From Gemmatimonadota bacterium (GTDB lineage: Bacteria > Gemmatimonadota > Gemmatimonadetes > Longimicrobiales > RSA9), in contig JAHWKI010000007.1 in NCBI GenBank assembly GCA_019347975.1, positions 2,095-26,094 on the forward strand: a stretch of 24,000 bases of DNA. The letters run 5' to 3'. Position numbers and translations under genes: made by a program. A model generated the notes under the pieces. It saw only the letters and a program-made list of their open reading frames with translations, made no database searches and was not told the origin of the DNA. Positions 1 through 7,456 of the stretch are shown in pieces (the stretch's first letter is position 1; every line of letters begins with the position of its first letter).

Positions 1-747
1 TCCTATCGGGATTTCGAGGTCCTCGTCGCAGACGACGGCTCCGGCCCCGACACCCGCGCCGTCCTCGACGACGCCCGCGAGCGCTATCCCTCCCTCGACC
101 TCCGCCACGTATGGCACGAGGACCGGGGCTACCGGAAGTGCGTGATCCTCAACCGTGCTGTCGTAGCCGCGGACGGCGGATACCTCATCTTCAGCGACGC
201 CGACTGCATCCCGCGCACGGACTTCGTGGAGACCCACGCCCGTCTGGCGGAGCCCGGCAGGTTCCTGTCCGGCGGGGCGGTGCGGCTGCCACGGGAGCTG
301 AGCGAGGCCATCACGGAAGAGGACGTCGCCGCCGGCCGCGTGTTCGATCGCCGCTGGCTGGCGGGGCGAGGATTCGACCCCGGGCGCTACCGTCTGCGCT
401 TGCTTGAAGGCACCGCGCTCCCCACGCTGCTGGATGCGCTGAGCCCCACCGGCGCCACGTGGAACGGGAACAACGCCTCGACCTGGCGTGCTGCGGTGGT
501 GAAGGCGAACGGGTTCGAGCACGAGCTCGGCTACGGTGGGCAGGACCGGGAGTTCGGCGAGCGCATCGCCAATCTCGGGCTCGCCGGGAAGCTCGTCCGG
601 CACCGCGCGGTCGCGGTCCACCTCGATCATGGGCGGCCCTACCGAACCGACGAGTCCATCCGCGGGAATCGCGACATGCGCGAGGACGTCCGCCGCACCG
701 GCCGGGTCCGGGCGGTCCACGGAATCGAACAGCTGGAGAACGAATGA
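1..747 (+). CDS. Glycosyltransferase family 2 (5' end cut by window edge)
   Basis: Frame 1 is open from base 1 (SYRDFEVLVADDGSGPDTRAVLDD...). The ORF track only starts it at the internal Met at 142. VADDGS and FSDADCIP are GT2-type DxD/nucleotide-sugar motifs, and the GGQDREFGERI region resembles the GT2/GalT-like C-terminal part. Stop TGA 745-747 overlaps the next ATG (ATGA). Confidence 0.85.
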   Translation, partial: SYRDFEVLVADDGSGPDTRAVLDDARERYPSLDLRHVWHEDRGYRKCVILNRAVVAADGGYLIFSDADCIPRTDFVETHARLAEPGRFLSGGAVRLPRELSEAITEEDVAAGRVFDRRWLAGRGFDPGRYRLRLLEGTALPTLLDALSPTGATWNGNNASTWRAAVVKANGFEHELGYGGQDREFGERIANLGLAGKLVRHRAVAVHLDHGRPYRTDESIRGNRDMREDVRRTGRVRAVHGIEQLENE

Positions 748-1742
748 GCGCAGACGAGAAGCGCTGGGTCGTCGGGGTGGACCTCGGCGGGACCAATATC
801 GTCGTGGGCGTCCTCCCCATCGAAGGCGGGGAGCTCCTGGCTCTCCGCACCCAGAAGACGGAGGCCGCCCGCGGCGCCAAGTTCGTCGTCGACCGCATCG
901 TCCAGATGGTCGAGGAATCCATCGCGGAAGTCGCCGGCGCCAACGGCGCGTCGAAGGAACACTTCGCCGGGATCGGGATCGGCTCGCCGGGTCCCCTGAA
1001 CCGCGAGACCGGCACCATCATCAACACGCCGAACCTCGGGTGGCGGAACTTCCCGCTCCGGGACCTCATCGCCAACGCCGTCGGGCTCCCCGCCGCCCTC
1101 GACAACGACGCCAACTGCGCGACGTACGGCGAGTGGTGGCTCGGGGCCGGGCGCGACGTCGACAGCCTGATCGGCTTCACGCTCGGCACGGGCATCGGCG
1201 GAGGCATCGTGCTGAACGGGCGCATCTTCCACGGCGCCAGCGACTCGGCCGGCGAGATCGGCCACACCACCATCGACAGCACCGGCCGCAAGTGCAAATG
1301 CGGCAATTACGGCTGCCTCGAAGCCTACGCGTCCGGCCCCGCCATCGCGCTCCGCGCCGTCGAGGGCCTGGAGACCGGGGCCGAGAGCGTGCTCCCCGAC
1401 CTCGTCAACGGCCGCCTCGAGGACATCACCGCCGCCACCGTCTACGAGGGCGCCGTCCTCGGCGACGGCTACTCCAACGAGGTGATGAAGGAGACCGCCA
1501 AGTTCCTCGGGATCGGCATCGCCAACATCATCAACATCTTCAACCCCGAGATGATCGTGGTCGCCGGCGGCGTCACCCGCGCGGGGGACCACCTCTTCGT
1601 CCCTCTCCGCGCCGAGGTGCGCCGCCGCGCCTTCCGCAGCGCCGAGGAGGTGTGCCAGATCGTGCCCGCCACACTCCTGGGCACCGCCGGCGTGATCGGC
1701 GCCATCGCCATGTTCAAGCAGGACGTGCTGGGCAGCGTGTGA
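744..1742 (+). CDS. ROK-family glucokinase / sugar kinase
   Basis: Internal ATG at 744 of track ORF 459..1742. The 459-743 extension is Arg/Pro-rich and overlaps the GT2 frame. MSADEKRWVVGVDLGGTNIVVG is an ASKHA ATP-binding DxGGT motif. GEIGHTTIDSTGRKCKCGNYGCLEAYASG is the ROK Zn-binding His/Cys signature. Confidence 0.85.
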   Translation: MSADEKRWVVGVDLGGTNIVVGVLPIEGGELLALRTQKTEAARGAKFVVDRIVQMVEESIAEVAGANGASKEHFAGIGIGSPGPLNRETGTIINTPNLGWRNFPLRDLIANAVGLPAALDNDANCATYGEWWLGAGRDVDSLIGFTLGTGIGGGIVLNGRIFHGASDSAGEIGHTTIDSTGRKCKCGNYGCLEAYASGPAIALRAVEGLETGAESVLPDLVNGRLEDITAATVYEGAVLGDGYSNEVMKETAKFLGIGIANIINIFNPEMIVVAGGVTRAGDHLFVPLRAEVRRRAFRSAEEVCQIVPATLLGTAGVIGAIAMFKQDVLGSV

Positions 1743-1788
1743 GCACCTTCGCCACCGGCGACGACGCCGCCTGCGCGGGGATGCCCGC

Positions 1789-2715
1789 GTGAACCTGGGC
1801 TTCCTCGGATCGATGGTCTGGGACCGCATCGAGCATCCCGACGCCCCCGTCGTCGAGCGCTGGGGCGGCATCGCGTACTCGCTGGCCGCCGGCGCCGCCG
1901 CCCTCCCCGTCGGATGGCGCATCCGCCCGATCATCAAGCTCGGCCGGGACCTCGCCGACGAGGCGATCCGCTTCCTCCAGGGCATCCCGGGCCTCGCGCT
2001 CGGACCCGGCATCGCCACGACCGAGCGCCCGAACAACCGCGTCCACCTCCGCTACCGCGACCGCCACCACCGCACCGAGTTCCTCACCGGCGGCGTGCCC
2101 GCCTGGACGTGGGACGAGCTCGAGCCCAGGCTGGAGGGGATCGATGCCCTCTTCATCAACCTCATCTCCGGCTTCGAGCTCGATCTCCCCACCGCCGGCC
2201 GCATCCGCGCCGCCGCGCCCGGGCTGCTCTACGCCGACCTCCATTCCCTCCTGCTCGGGGACCCCGGCGGAGGCCAGCGCCGCCCTCGGCCCCTCGCCGA
2301 CGGGCACACGTGGGTCCGCTGCTTCGATGTCGTCCAGGTCAACGAGGAGGAGCTCCGCCTCGTCGCAGGAGGCCGCCCCGCCATGGACTTCGCGGCCGAC
2401 GCGGTCGCCGATGGGCTCGCCGCCTTCCTCATCACCCGCGGTCCCGCCGGCGCCACCATCGTCGCGCGACCGGGCGCCGGCGCGGCCGGCCCCGGGTCCG
2501 GCGCGGTGCAGGCCCACGATGCGCCCATCGAGGGGGAATGGCCCGGCTCCGATCCGACCGGGTGCGGCGACGTTTGGGGCGCGACCTGCTTCGTCCGCCT
2601 CGTCCTCGGCGACGACCTGCCCGCGTCGGTCCGCGCCGCCAACCGGGCCGCGGCCCGCAACCTCGGCCACAGGGGAGCCGACCGGCTCTTCCAGCACCTG
2701 AAGGGGGATGCGTGA
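1789..2715 (+). CDS. PfkB/ribokinase-family carbohydrate kinase (divergent)
   Basis: GTG start at 1789, the farthest in-frame start. C-terminal DPTGCGDVWGATCF...ANRAAARNLGHRGA matches the PfkB DTxGAGD catalytic-base/anion-hole motif. N-terminal WGGIAYSLAAGAAAL resembles the GG substrate-lid motif. Confidence 0.8.
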   Translation: MNLGFLGSMVWDRIEHPDAPVVERWGGIAYSLAAGAAALPVGWRIRPIIKLGRDLADEAIRFLQGIPGLALGPGIATTERPNNRVHLRYRDRHHRTEFLTGGVPAWTWDELEPRLEGIDALFINLISGFELDLPTAGRIRAAAPGLLYADLHSLLLGDPGGGQRRPRPLADGHTWVRCFDVVQVNEEELRLVAGGRPAMDFAADAVADGLAAFLITRGPAGATIVARPGAGAAGPGSGAVQAHDAPIEGEWPGSDPTGCGDVWGATCFVRLVLGDDLPASVRAANRAAARNLGHRGADRLFQHLKGDA

Positions 2716-3680
2716 ACGTCATCGCCGTGCCCGCCACGCTGGACGATCGCTCGTTCGACCAGATGCTGGCGGCGCTGCATCGGGGCGATCCGAAGGGAGG
2801 CGCCGGCGAGGCGGCCGGGCGCGTCCTCGTGGACGCCCGCAAGCTCCGATGGGTGGACCCCTACGGCATGCTCGGCCTCCTGGCCATCGGCGCCGTCGCG
2901 GCGCGGGGCGGAGAGAAGCCCCGCTTCCAGATCCCCGAGTCCGCGGACGTGGTCAGCTACCTCGCCCGCATGGCGTTCTTCGATCACGCCGCCGAGGTCT
3001 ACGACATCCATGGCGGATCCCGCCGCGCCGGCGACAGCGGCTCGGAAGTCCTCCTCGAGATCACCCCCGTCCAGTCCCACATGGACGTGCACAGGATCGT
3101 CGACCGGGTCAATGAGCGCGCGCTGGCGATCCTGACCAAACAGCTCGACTATCCCCTGAAGGAGGCCTTCCAGTTCAGCGTCATGCTGTCGGAGGTCTGC
3201 CAGAACATCATTGATCACGCGGAGGCCGGGGGCTGGGTCGCCACCCAGACCTACAACTGGTCACGACGCCTCGGTCGGAAGGTGGTTTCCATCGCGGTCA
3301 TGGACCTCGGGATCGGCTTCTACGGCTCCCTCGCCAGCGAGCACGCCGCCCGCTACGGTGACCGCTGGAGCCACGCCTCCGCCCTGGAGGCCGCCTTCAT
3401 CCACGGCCTGACGCGCTTTCACGACCCGGGTCGCGGACAGGGGCTGCAGCAGATCCGGAAGCAGGTCGGACGGTGGAACGGCAAGATCTCCATCCGCAGC
3501 GGCACCGCCCGCATCGCCGATGTGCCGGCGTGGGATGACGCCCCGCCGCTGGAAGAGGATCTGCCACGTTTCCCGGGGGCCCAGATCGCGATCATCATCC
3601 CATCGCGCATGACGGAGGAGGACGCGAAGTCGCCCACCAGCCGGGCCGCGGCGCCGGTCGGAAAGGGCGGCACGCGGTGA
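2712..3680 (+). CDS. STAS-like N-terminal domain fused to GHKL (RsbW/SpoIIAB-like, HATPase_c) ATPase / putative Ser-protein kinase
   Basis: GTG at 2712 overlaps the PfkB stop (GTGA). The 1914-2711 part of track ORF 1914..3680 is Pro/Arg-rich shadow over the PfkB gene. GHKL motifs: N-box EVCQNIIDHA (3192-3221), G1 MDLGIGF (3300-3320), G2 GRGQGL (3429-3446). No DHp/H-box helix precedes the N-box, so this is not a canonical histidine kinase. N-terminal ~95 aa reads as STAS-like (VLVDARKLRWVDPYGMLGLLAIG...VVSYLARMAFFDH). Confidence 0.75.
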   Translation: MNVIAVPATLDDRSFDQMLAALHRGDPKGGAGEAAGRVLVDARKLRWVDPYGMLGLLAIGAVAARGGEKPRFQIPESADVVSYLARMAFFDHAAEVYDIHGGSRRAGDSGSEVLLEITPVQSHMDVHRIVDRVNERALAILTKQLDYPLKEAFQFSVMLSEVCQNIIDHAEAGGWVATQTYNWSRRLGRKVVSIAVMDLGIGFYGSLASEHAARYGDRWSHASALEAAFIHGLTRFHDPGRGQGLQQIRKQVGRWNGKISIRSGTARIADVPAWDDAPPLEEDLPRFPGAQIAIIIPSRMTEEDAKSPTSRAAAPVGKGGTR

Positions 3681-4267
3681 GCGACCTCGGCCCCGTCGTC
3701 CCGCTCCGCTTCGACCTCTCGGACCTGGTCCGGAAGTCCGTCGCCACGCTCTATTCCCACCTGGTGACGCGCCCGACGGGGCAGGCCCTGCGGCTCGGCA
3801 TCGAGAGCCAGATCACAGAGCTCGGCGCCGTGTGTCTGACCGTCCTCGACTTCAGCGAGGTGGTCGTGCTGGATTACAGCTGCGCCGAGGAGACCATCGC
3901 CAAGCTCATCCAGCGGTTCCAGCGGGAGGACCGGCCGACGGAGGCGTTCTTTATCGTGCGGGGGATCGACGACCGCCATCGTGAGACGATCGAGGCCGTG
4001 CTCGGGCGGCAGGGGCTCGCCATCGCCGCCGAGCCCGCCGACGGCCGGGCGACCGTGATCGGTCAGGTCTCGGAGCGGGAGATGGCCGCCTGGCAGGCGC
4101 TGGAGGAGCTCGGAAGAGCGCAGGTGCCCGCCATCGCCGCGAAGCTCGGCGCCGCCGACGCGGACGTCGAGGAGGTGCTCGAGGAGCTCGCCCGTCGCCG
4201 GGTCGTCGCCCGCATGGCCACCCCCCGCACGTACTTCGCGCTCAGGCCTCTCCTCACCCCCGGGTAG
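3677..4267 (+). CDS. DUF4325-type STAS-like domain protein with C-terminal winged-HTH-like region
   Basis: GTG at 3677 overlaps the upstream stop (GTGA). LVTRPTGQALRLGIESQI...LTVLDFSEVVVLDYSCAEETIAKLIQRF matches my memory of the DUF4325 (STAS-like) pattern (SRsqA..lr...lDFegV..is.sFadE). The C-terminal SEREMAAWQALEELGRAQVPAIAAKLGAADADVEEVLEELARRRVVARM looks like a MarR/ArsR-style wHTH. Confidence 0.7.
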   Translation: MSDLGPVVPLRFDLSDLVRKSVATLYSHLVTRPTGQALRLGIESQITELGAVCLTVLDFSEVVVLDYSCAEETIAKLIQRFQREDRPTEAFFIVRGIDDRHRETIEAVLGRQGLAIAAEPADGRATVIGQVSEREMAAWQALEELGRAQVPAIAAKLGAADADVEEVLEELARRRVVARMATPRTYFALRPLLTPG

Positions 4268-4290
4268 CCGCCCGCACCCTCGAGCGGCGG
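4268..4290. terminator. Hairpin filling the 24-bp gap between convergent genes (possible bidirectional terminator, no U-tract)
   Basis: ccgcc(c)gc (4268-4275) pairs with gcggcgg (4284-4290) with a one-base bulge, around an 8-nt loop (accctcga). It is flanked directly by stop TAG 4265-4267 (+) and stop 4292-4294 (-). Confidence 0.3.
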
Positions 4291-4291
4291 A

Positions 4292-4999
4292 TCAGTTCCC
4301 GTCGCCCAGCGCCAGCGACAGCACCCGGTTCACCGCTTTCAGCGTCGCCAGCGCCGCGGCCGATTCGACATCCCCCTCGATCGGCTGCGCGCCCACCAGC
4401 GGCAGCGGTCGCCGCCCCAGCGATGGCGACATCCCCAGGACGCTCACGAGCACGTACTCTCCGTCCAGCGCCTGGACCATCGACGCGAAGTCCAGCTCGA
4501 ACCGCAGATCCTCGTTCCACGCCGCCTCCATCGCCGACGCCAGTGTCGCCGTCGCCGCCGCCCGGGCACGTCCCGGCTGCGTGTCCGCCGCCTCCGCGCT
4601 CCCCTCGGCGACGTCCCCGCGCCAGTCGAGGCGAACCGTCACCTTCACGTGCCCCGCTGCTACCGTCGACTCGAGACCCGCGAAGATCGGCCGGCCGCCG
4701 CCGCCCTGCGGTCGCGGCGCCGGCGGCCTCTCGGGCTCCTCCATCGCCTCCGGCTCCGGCTCCGGTTCCTTCGCCAGCTGCGCGATGCTGATCACCCGCT
4801 GGTCGATGGGCACCCCCAGGCGCTCCTCCAGGAGGTTGCGGATGTCCCGCGCCAGGCTCCCCGGCTCCGGTCCCGAGCGGACCAGGAGGTGCACCTCCCG
4901 CGGGTGACCCTCCATGTCCTCGCTCACGTACGCCCCGAGCACCGATGGGAGCTCGCGCAGGACCGCTTCGGCCGTCGTTTTCGTGCTGATGCGCTTCAT
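4292..4999 (-). CDS. Hypothetical protein (two-part, Glu/Pro-rich linker); family not recognised
   Basis: Track ORF 4292..5062. I prefer the Met at 4999 (MKRISTKTTAEAVLREL...) because the 21 aa upstream are Arg/His/Ser-rich. The composition is protein-like (AVLRELPSVLGAYVSEDMEGHPREVHLLV..., ...YVLVSVLGMSPSLG..., ...AALATLKAVNRVLSLAL), unlike the Pro/Arg/Ser-rich opposite-strand ORFs across this span (4423..4791, 4581..4907, 4649..5011). Confidence 0.65.
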   Translation of the reverse strand: MKRISTKTTAEAVLRELPSVLGAYVSEDMEGHPREVHLLVRSGPEPGSLARDIRNLLEERLGVPIDQRVISIAQLAKEPEPEPEAMEEPERPPAPRPQGGGGRPIFAGLESTVAAGHVKVTVRLDWRGDVAEGSAEAADTQPGRARAAATATLASAMEAAWNEDLRFELDFASMVQALDGEYVLVSVLGMSPSLGRRPLPLVGAQPIEGDVESAAALATLKAVNRVLSLALGDGN

Positions 5000-5174
5000 T
5001 CGGTGTGGTAGCAGGCGGGAAGAGTGACGCGGACTATGCGCCACCCGCCTCCACCGCGTCAAGGCTCAAGGGGCGCCCGCCGCGTTGCCGTCGGCCCCGC
5101 GGCCCTCTACGTTTGCCGGCGATTACCGGCCGCGGCGGCCGGACCCACTGCACCGCTCCCGTTTCCCGGCACGC

Positions 5175-6326
5175 ATGAATCGACACGGTCCCTCCACCCT
5201 CGCCGTGCATGCGGGCGCACCCGCGCACGCGCCAGGGCGCCCCCTCGTCACCCCCCTCGTCTCCAGCTCCACGTTCTACAACGCGCCGGAGCCCGAGGGG
5301 GAAGTGCTCTATGCCCGCTATGCCAACTCGGACGCACACCGCCTCCTCGCCGCACGGCTCGCGGCCCTCGAGGGCACGGACGCCGCCCTCGCGGTCGGCA
5401 GCGGCATGGCCGCCATCTCCCTCACCATCCTCTCCTTCGCCGGAGCCGGCGACCACATCGTCGCGGCCGACTCCCTCTACGGTGGCACCCGGACCCTCCT
5501 CACACGCGAGCTGCCCAGGCTCGGCATCGAGACCACGTTCGTCGACCCCGCAGGACGCTGGCGCGACGCGCTCCGGCCGAACACGCGCCTCCTCTACATG
5601 GAGGTGCCGGTCAATCCCACGCTGCGGGTTCCCGATCCGCGCCCCGTCGCCGCCCTCGCCCGCGAGCGCGGCCTCCCCCTCGTCGTCGATGCCACCTTCG
5701 CCACGCCCATCAACTGGCGCCCCGTCGAGGACGGCGTCGATGTCGTGATCCACAGCGCCACGAAGTACATGGGCGGCCACTCCGACCTGATCGCGGGCGT
5801 CATTGCGGGACCTGAGGCCGTCGTGGACCAGGCGCGGGAGCGGCTCAAGGCCTTCGGGCCGAGCCTCGACCCCCACGCCCTCTGGCTGCTCGAGCGCGGC
5901 CTCAAGACCCTCGCCCTCCGGGTCGAGCGGCAGAACGCGACCTCGCTCGCTCTCGCCCGCTGGCTCGCCGACCACCCGGCCGTCGCCGCCGTCCATCACC
6001 CGGGCCTCGCCAGCCATCCCGACCACGCCGTCGCGGCGGCGATCTTCCGCGGCTTCGGCGGAATGCTCTCCTTCGTGGTCCGGGGCGGGGACGAGGCCGC
6101 CCGCGCGGTCTTGGGCCGGTTCGCCCTCATCGCCGTCGCTCCGAGCCTGGGCGGGGTCGAGTCGCTGGCCTCCATGCCTCGCTACACCTCGCACGTGGCG
6201 CTCACGCCCGAGCAGCGCGCCGCCGGCGGCATCGACGACGGCTTCATCCGGCTTTCCATCGGCATCGAGGACCTGCCTGACCTCAGGGAGGACCTGGAGC
6301 GCGCGCTCGCTCCGGAGGCCCGGTGA
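5175..6326 (+). CDS. Cys/Met-metabolism PLP-dependent enzyme (cystathionine gamma-synthase/lyase or O-acylhomoserine sulfhydrylase type)
   Basis: ATG at 5175 (MNRHGPSTLAVHAG...), internal to track ORF 5085..6326. HSATKYMGGHSDLIAGV carries the PLP-lysine motif (S-x-T-K). The C-terminal SLGGVESL...RLSIGIEDLPDL is the family hallmark. Confidence 0.85.
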   Translation: MNRHGPSTLAVHAGAPAHAPGRPLVTPLVSSSTFYNAPEPEGEVLYARYANSDAHRLLAARLAALEGTDAALAVGSGMAAISLTILSFAGAGDHIVAADSLYGGTRTLLTRELPRLGIETTFVDPAGRWRDALRPNTRLLYMEVPVNPTLRVPDPRPVAALARERGLPLVVDATFATPINWRPVEDGVDVVIHSATKYMGGHSDLIAGVIAGPEAVVDQARERLKAFGPSLDPHALWLLERGLKTLALRVERQNATSLALARWLADHPAVAAVHHPGLASHPDHAVAAAIFRGFGGMLSFVVRGGDEAARAVLGRFALIAVAPSLGGVESLASMPRYTSHVALTPEQRAAGGIDDGFIRLSIGIEDLPDLREDLERALAPEAR

Positions 6327-7456
6327 GCGCCGAGCAGGAAGAGGACGACGACGACCGCCGCCGCCTCGATCGGCGGACGACCTTCATCCGGCTCGCCGAC
6401 TACACGGTTCCGGAGGTGCGGAAGGCGCTGATCACCACGGCGCTGCTCGTCACCATCCTCGGCCTCTTCCTCTACATGATCCACGAGGTGGCGGTCGCCA
6501 TCATCGCGGGCGTTGTGCTGGCCATCTACATGATCCCGTTCCAGAACCGCGCGAAGAAGCGGCTCCGGAACCCCACGCTCACCGCCATCGTCACCATCGT
6601 CGTGGTGATCGTGCCACTGATCACGGTCCTCGTCTACAGCTGGGTCGAGATCTCCGGCGCCGCGGCCTACCTGAGCGAGAACCGCGAGGATGTCGCCGCG
6701 CGCGTGACCGAAGCCATTCAGCGCCTCCCGTTCGGAGAGGGGCTGGAGATCCGCGACGACATCCCCCGCTGGGTGGAGGCCGTCGCGCAACGCTCAGCCG
6801 CCGTCGTCGATGAGCTCCAGGAGACCCTCGACATCATCGTTCTGTCGATCGCGGTCTTCCTCTTCACCACGTTCTATGTCCTCACCGACCGGGAGGGGAT
6901 CGCCGAGTACATCCGCAGCCGCATCCCCGGGCGCTACGAGGGGCTGGCCGGGCGGATCGGCCGCAGCGTCCGCCAGGTTACGTACGGGGCGCTTTATGCC
7001 ACCTTCCTCACCCAGCTGATCAAGTCCGTCATCGTCCTCGCCATGAACCTGCTCTGGGACGTTCCTCTCGCCGTCGTCCTGGCCATCGCCTCCTTCTTCA
7101 TCGGGTTCCTCCCGATCGTGGGGTCCTGGTCCATCTACGTCCCGGTCGCCGTCTACCTCATGGTGTTCAGGGACAACGTCCTCGGCGGCGTCCTGATGAT
7201 CATCGTCGGATTCTTCCTCAACACGCTCTTCATCTCCATGTACCTGCGCCCCAGGATCGCCGCCGAGCGGTCCGGCGTGCTCAACTTCTACTGGATGTTC
7301 ATCGCGCTGGTGACCGGGGTCTACACGTTCGGGCTGGCCGGCATCGTCATCGGGCCCATCCTCATCGCCCTCCTCCGCGCGGTCTTCGAGGCCGTGACCG
7401 ACAGCGGCCGGCGCGCACCCGCCGGCACCCGGGCCGCTCCGTCGCCCGATGCGTAG
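6323..7456 (+). CDS. AI-2E family (PerM/UPF0118) membrane transporter
   Basis: GTG 6323 overlaps the upstream TGA (GTGA). Polytopic membrane protein with an acidic N-terminus. The overall pattern (…FLFTTFYVLTDREGI…, …FFIGFLPIVGSWSIYVPVAVYL…, …GIVIGPILIALLRAVFE) fits the AI-2E/PerM family. Confidence 0.85.
   Translation: MSAEQEEDDDDRRRLDRRTTFIRLADYTVPEVRKALITTALLVTILGLFLYMIHEVAVAIIAGVVLAIYMIPFQNRAKKRLRNPTLTAIVTIVVVIVPLITVLVYSWVEISGAAAYLSENREDVAARVTEAIQRLPFGEGLEIRDDIPRWVEAVAQRSAAVVDELQETLDIIVLSIAVFLFTTFYVLTDREGIAEYIRSRIPGRYEGLAGRIGRSVRQVTYGALYATFLTQLIKSVIVLAMNLLWDVPLAVVLAIASFFIGFLPIVGSWSIYVPVAVYLMVFRDNVLGGVLMIIVGFFLNTLFISMYLRPRIAAERSGVLNFYWMFIALVTGVYTFGLAGIVIGPILIALLRAVFEAVTDSGRRAPAGTRAAPSPDA

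Noticed and set aside
311-2036. Long minus-strand ORFs 311..1306 (331 aa) and 639..2036 (465 aa), and plus-strand ORF 536..1792 (418 aa)
   Set aside because: They lie in alternative frames over the GT2 and ROK genes. Their translations are Arg/Pro/Gly/Ala-dominated and lack any motif. This is the typical shadow-ORF artefact of high third-position GC.
1714-3218. Minus-strand ORFs 1714..2697 and 2229..3218, and the 1914..2711 N-terminal part of ORF 1914..3680
   Set aside because: They overlap the motif-bearing PfkB and GHKL frames. Their composition is low-complexity Pro/Arg/Gly. The GHKL gene is better started at GTG 2712, which is coupled to the PfkB stop.
4748-4765. Tandem ctccgg x3 repeat
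   Set aside because: It lies inside the 4292..4999 CDS and simply encodes the EPEPEP linker. It is not an independent repeat element or regulatory array.
5000-5174. Possible SAM riboswitch or leader upstream of the Cys/Met PLP enzyme gene
   Set aside because: I looked for SAM-I, SAM-II and SAM-IV core elements (for example GAGGGA...GGCCC...GCAACC...GGUGC) and did not find them. Only generic GC-rich palindromes are present, such as gccgg-cgatta-ccggc. A covariance-model scan (Rfam/Infernal) would be needed to reopen this.
5034-6813. ORFs 5034..6194 (-, 386 aa), 5024..5815 (+) and 5803..6813 (+, 336 aa)
   Set aside because: These are shadow frames over the PLP-enzyme and AI-2E genes. They are Arg/Pro/Gly-rich, without TM segments or motifs.
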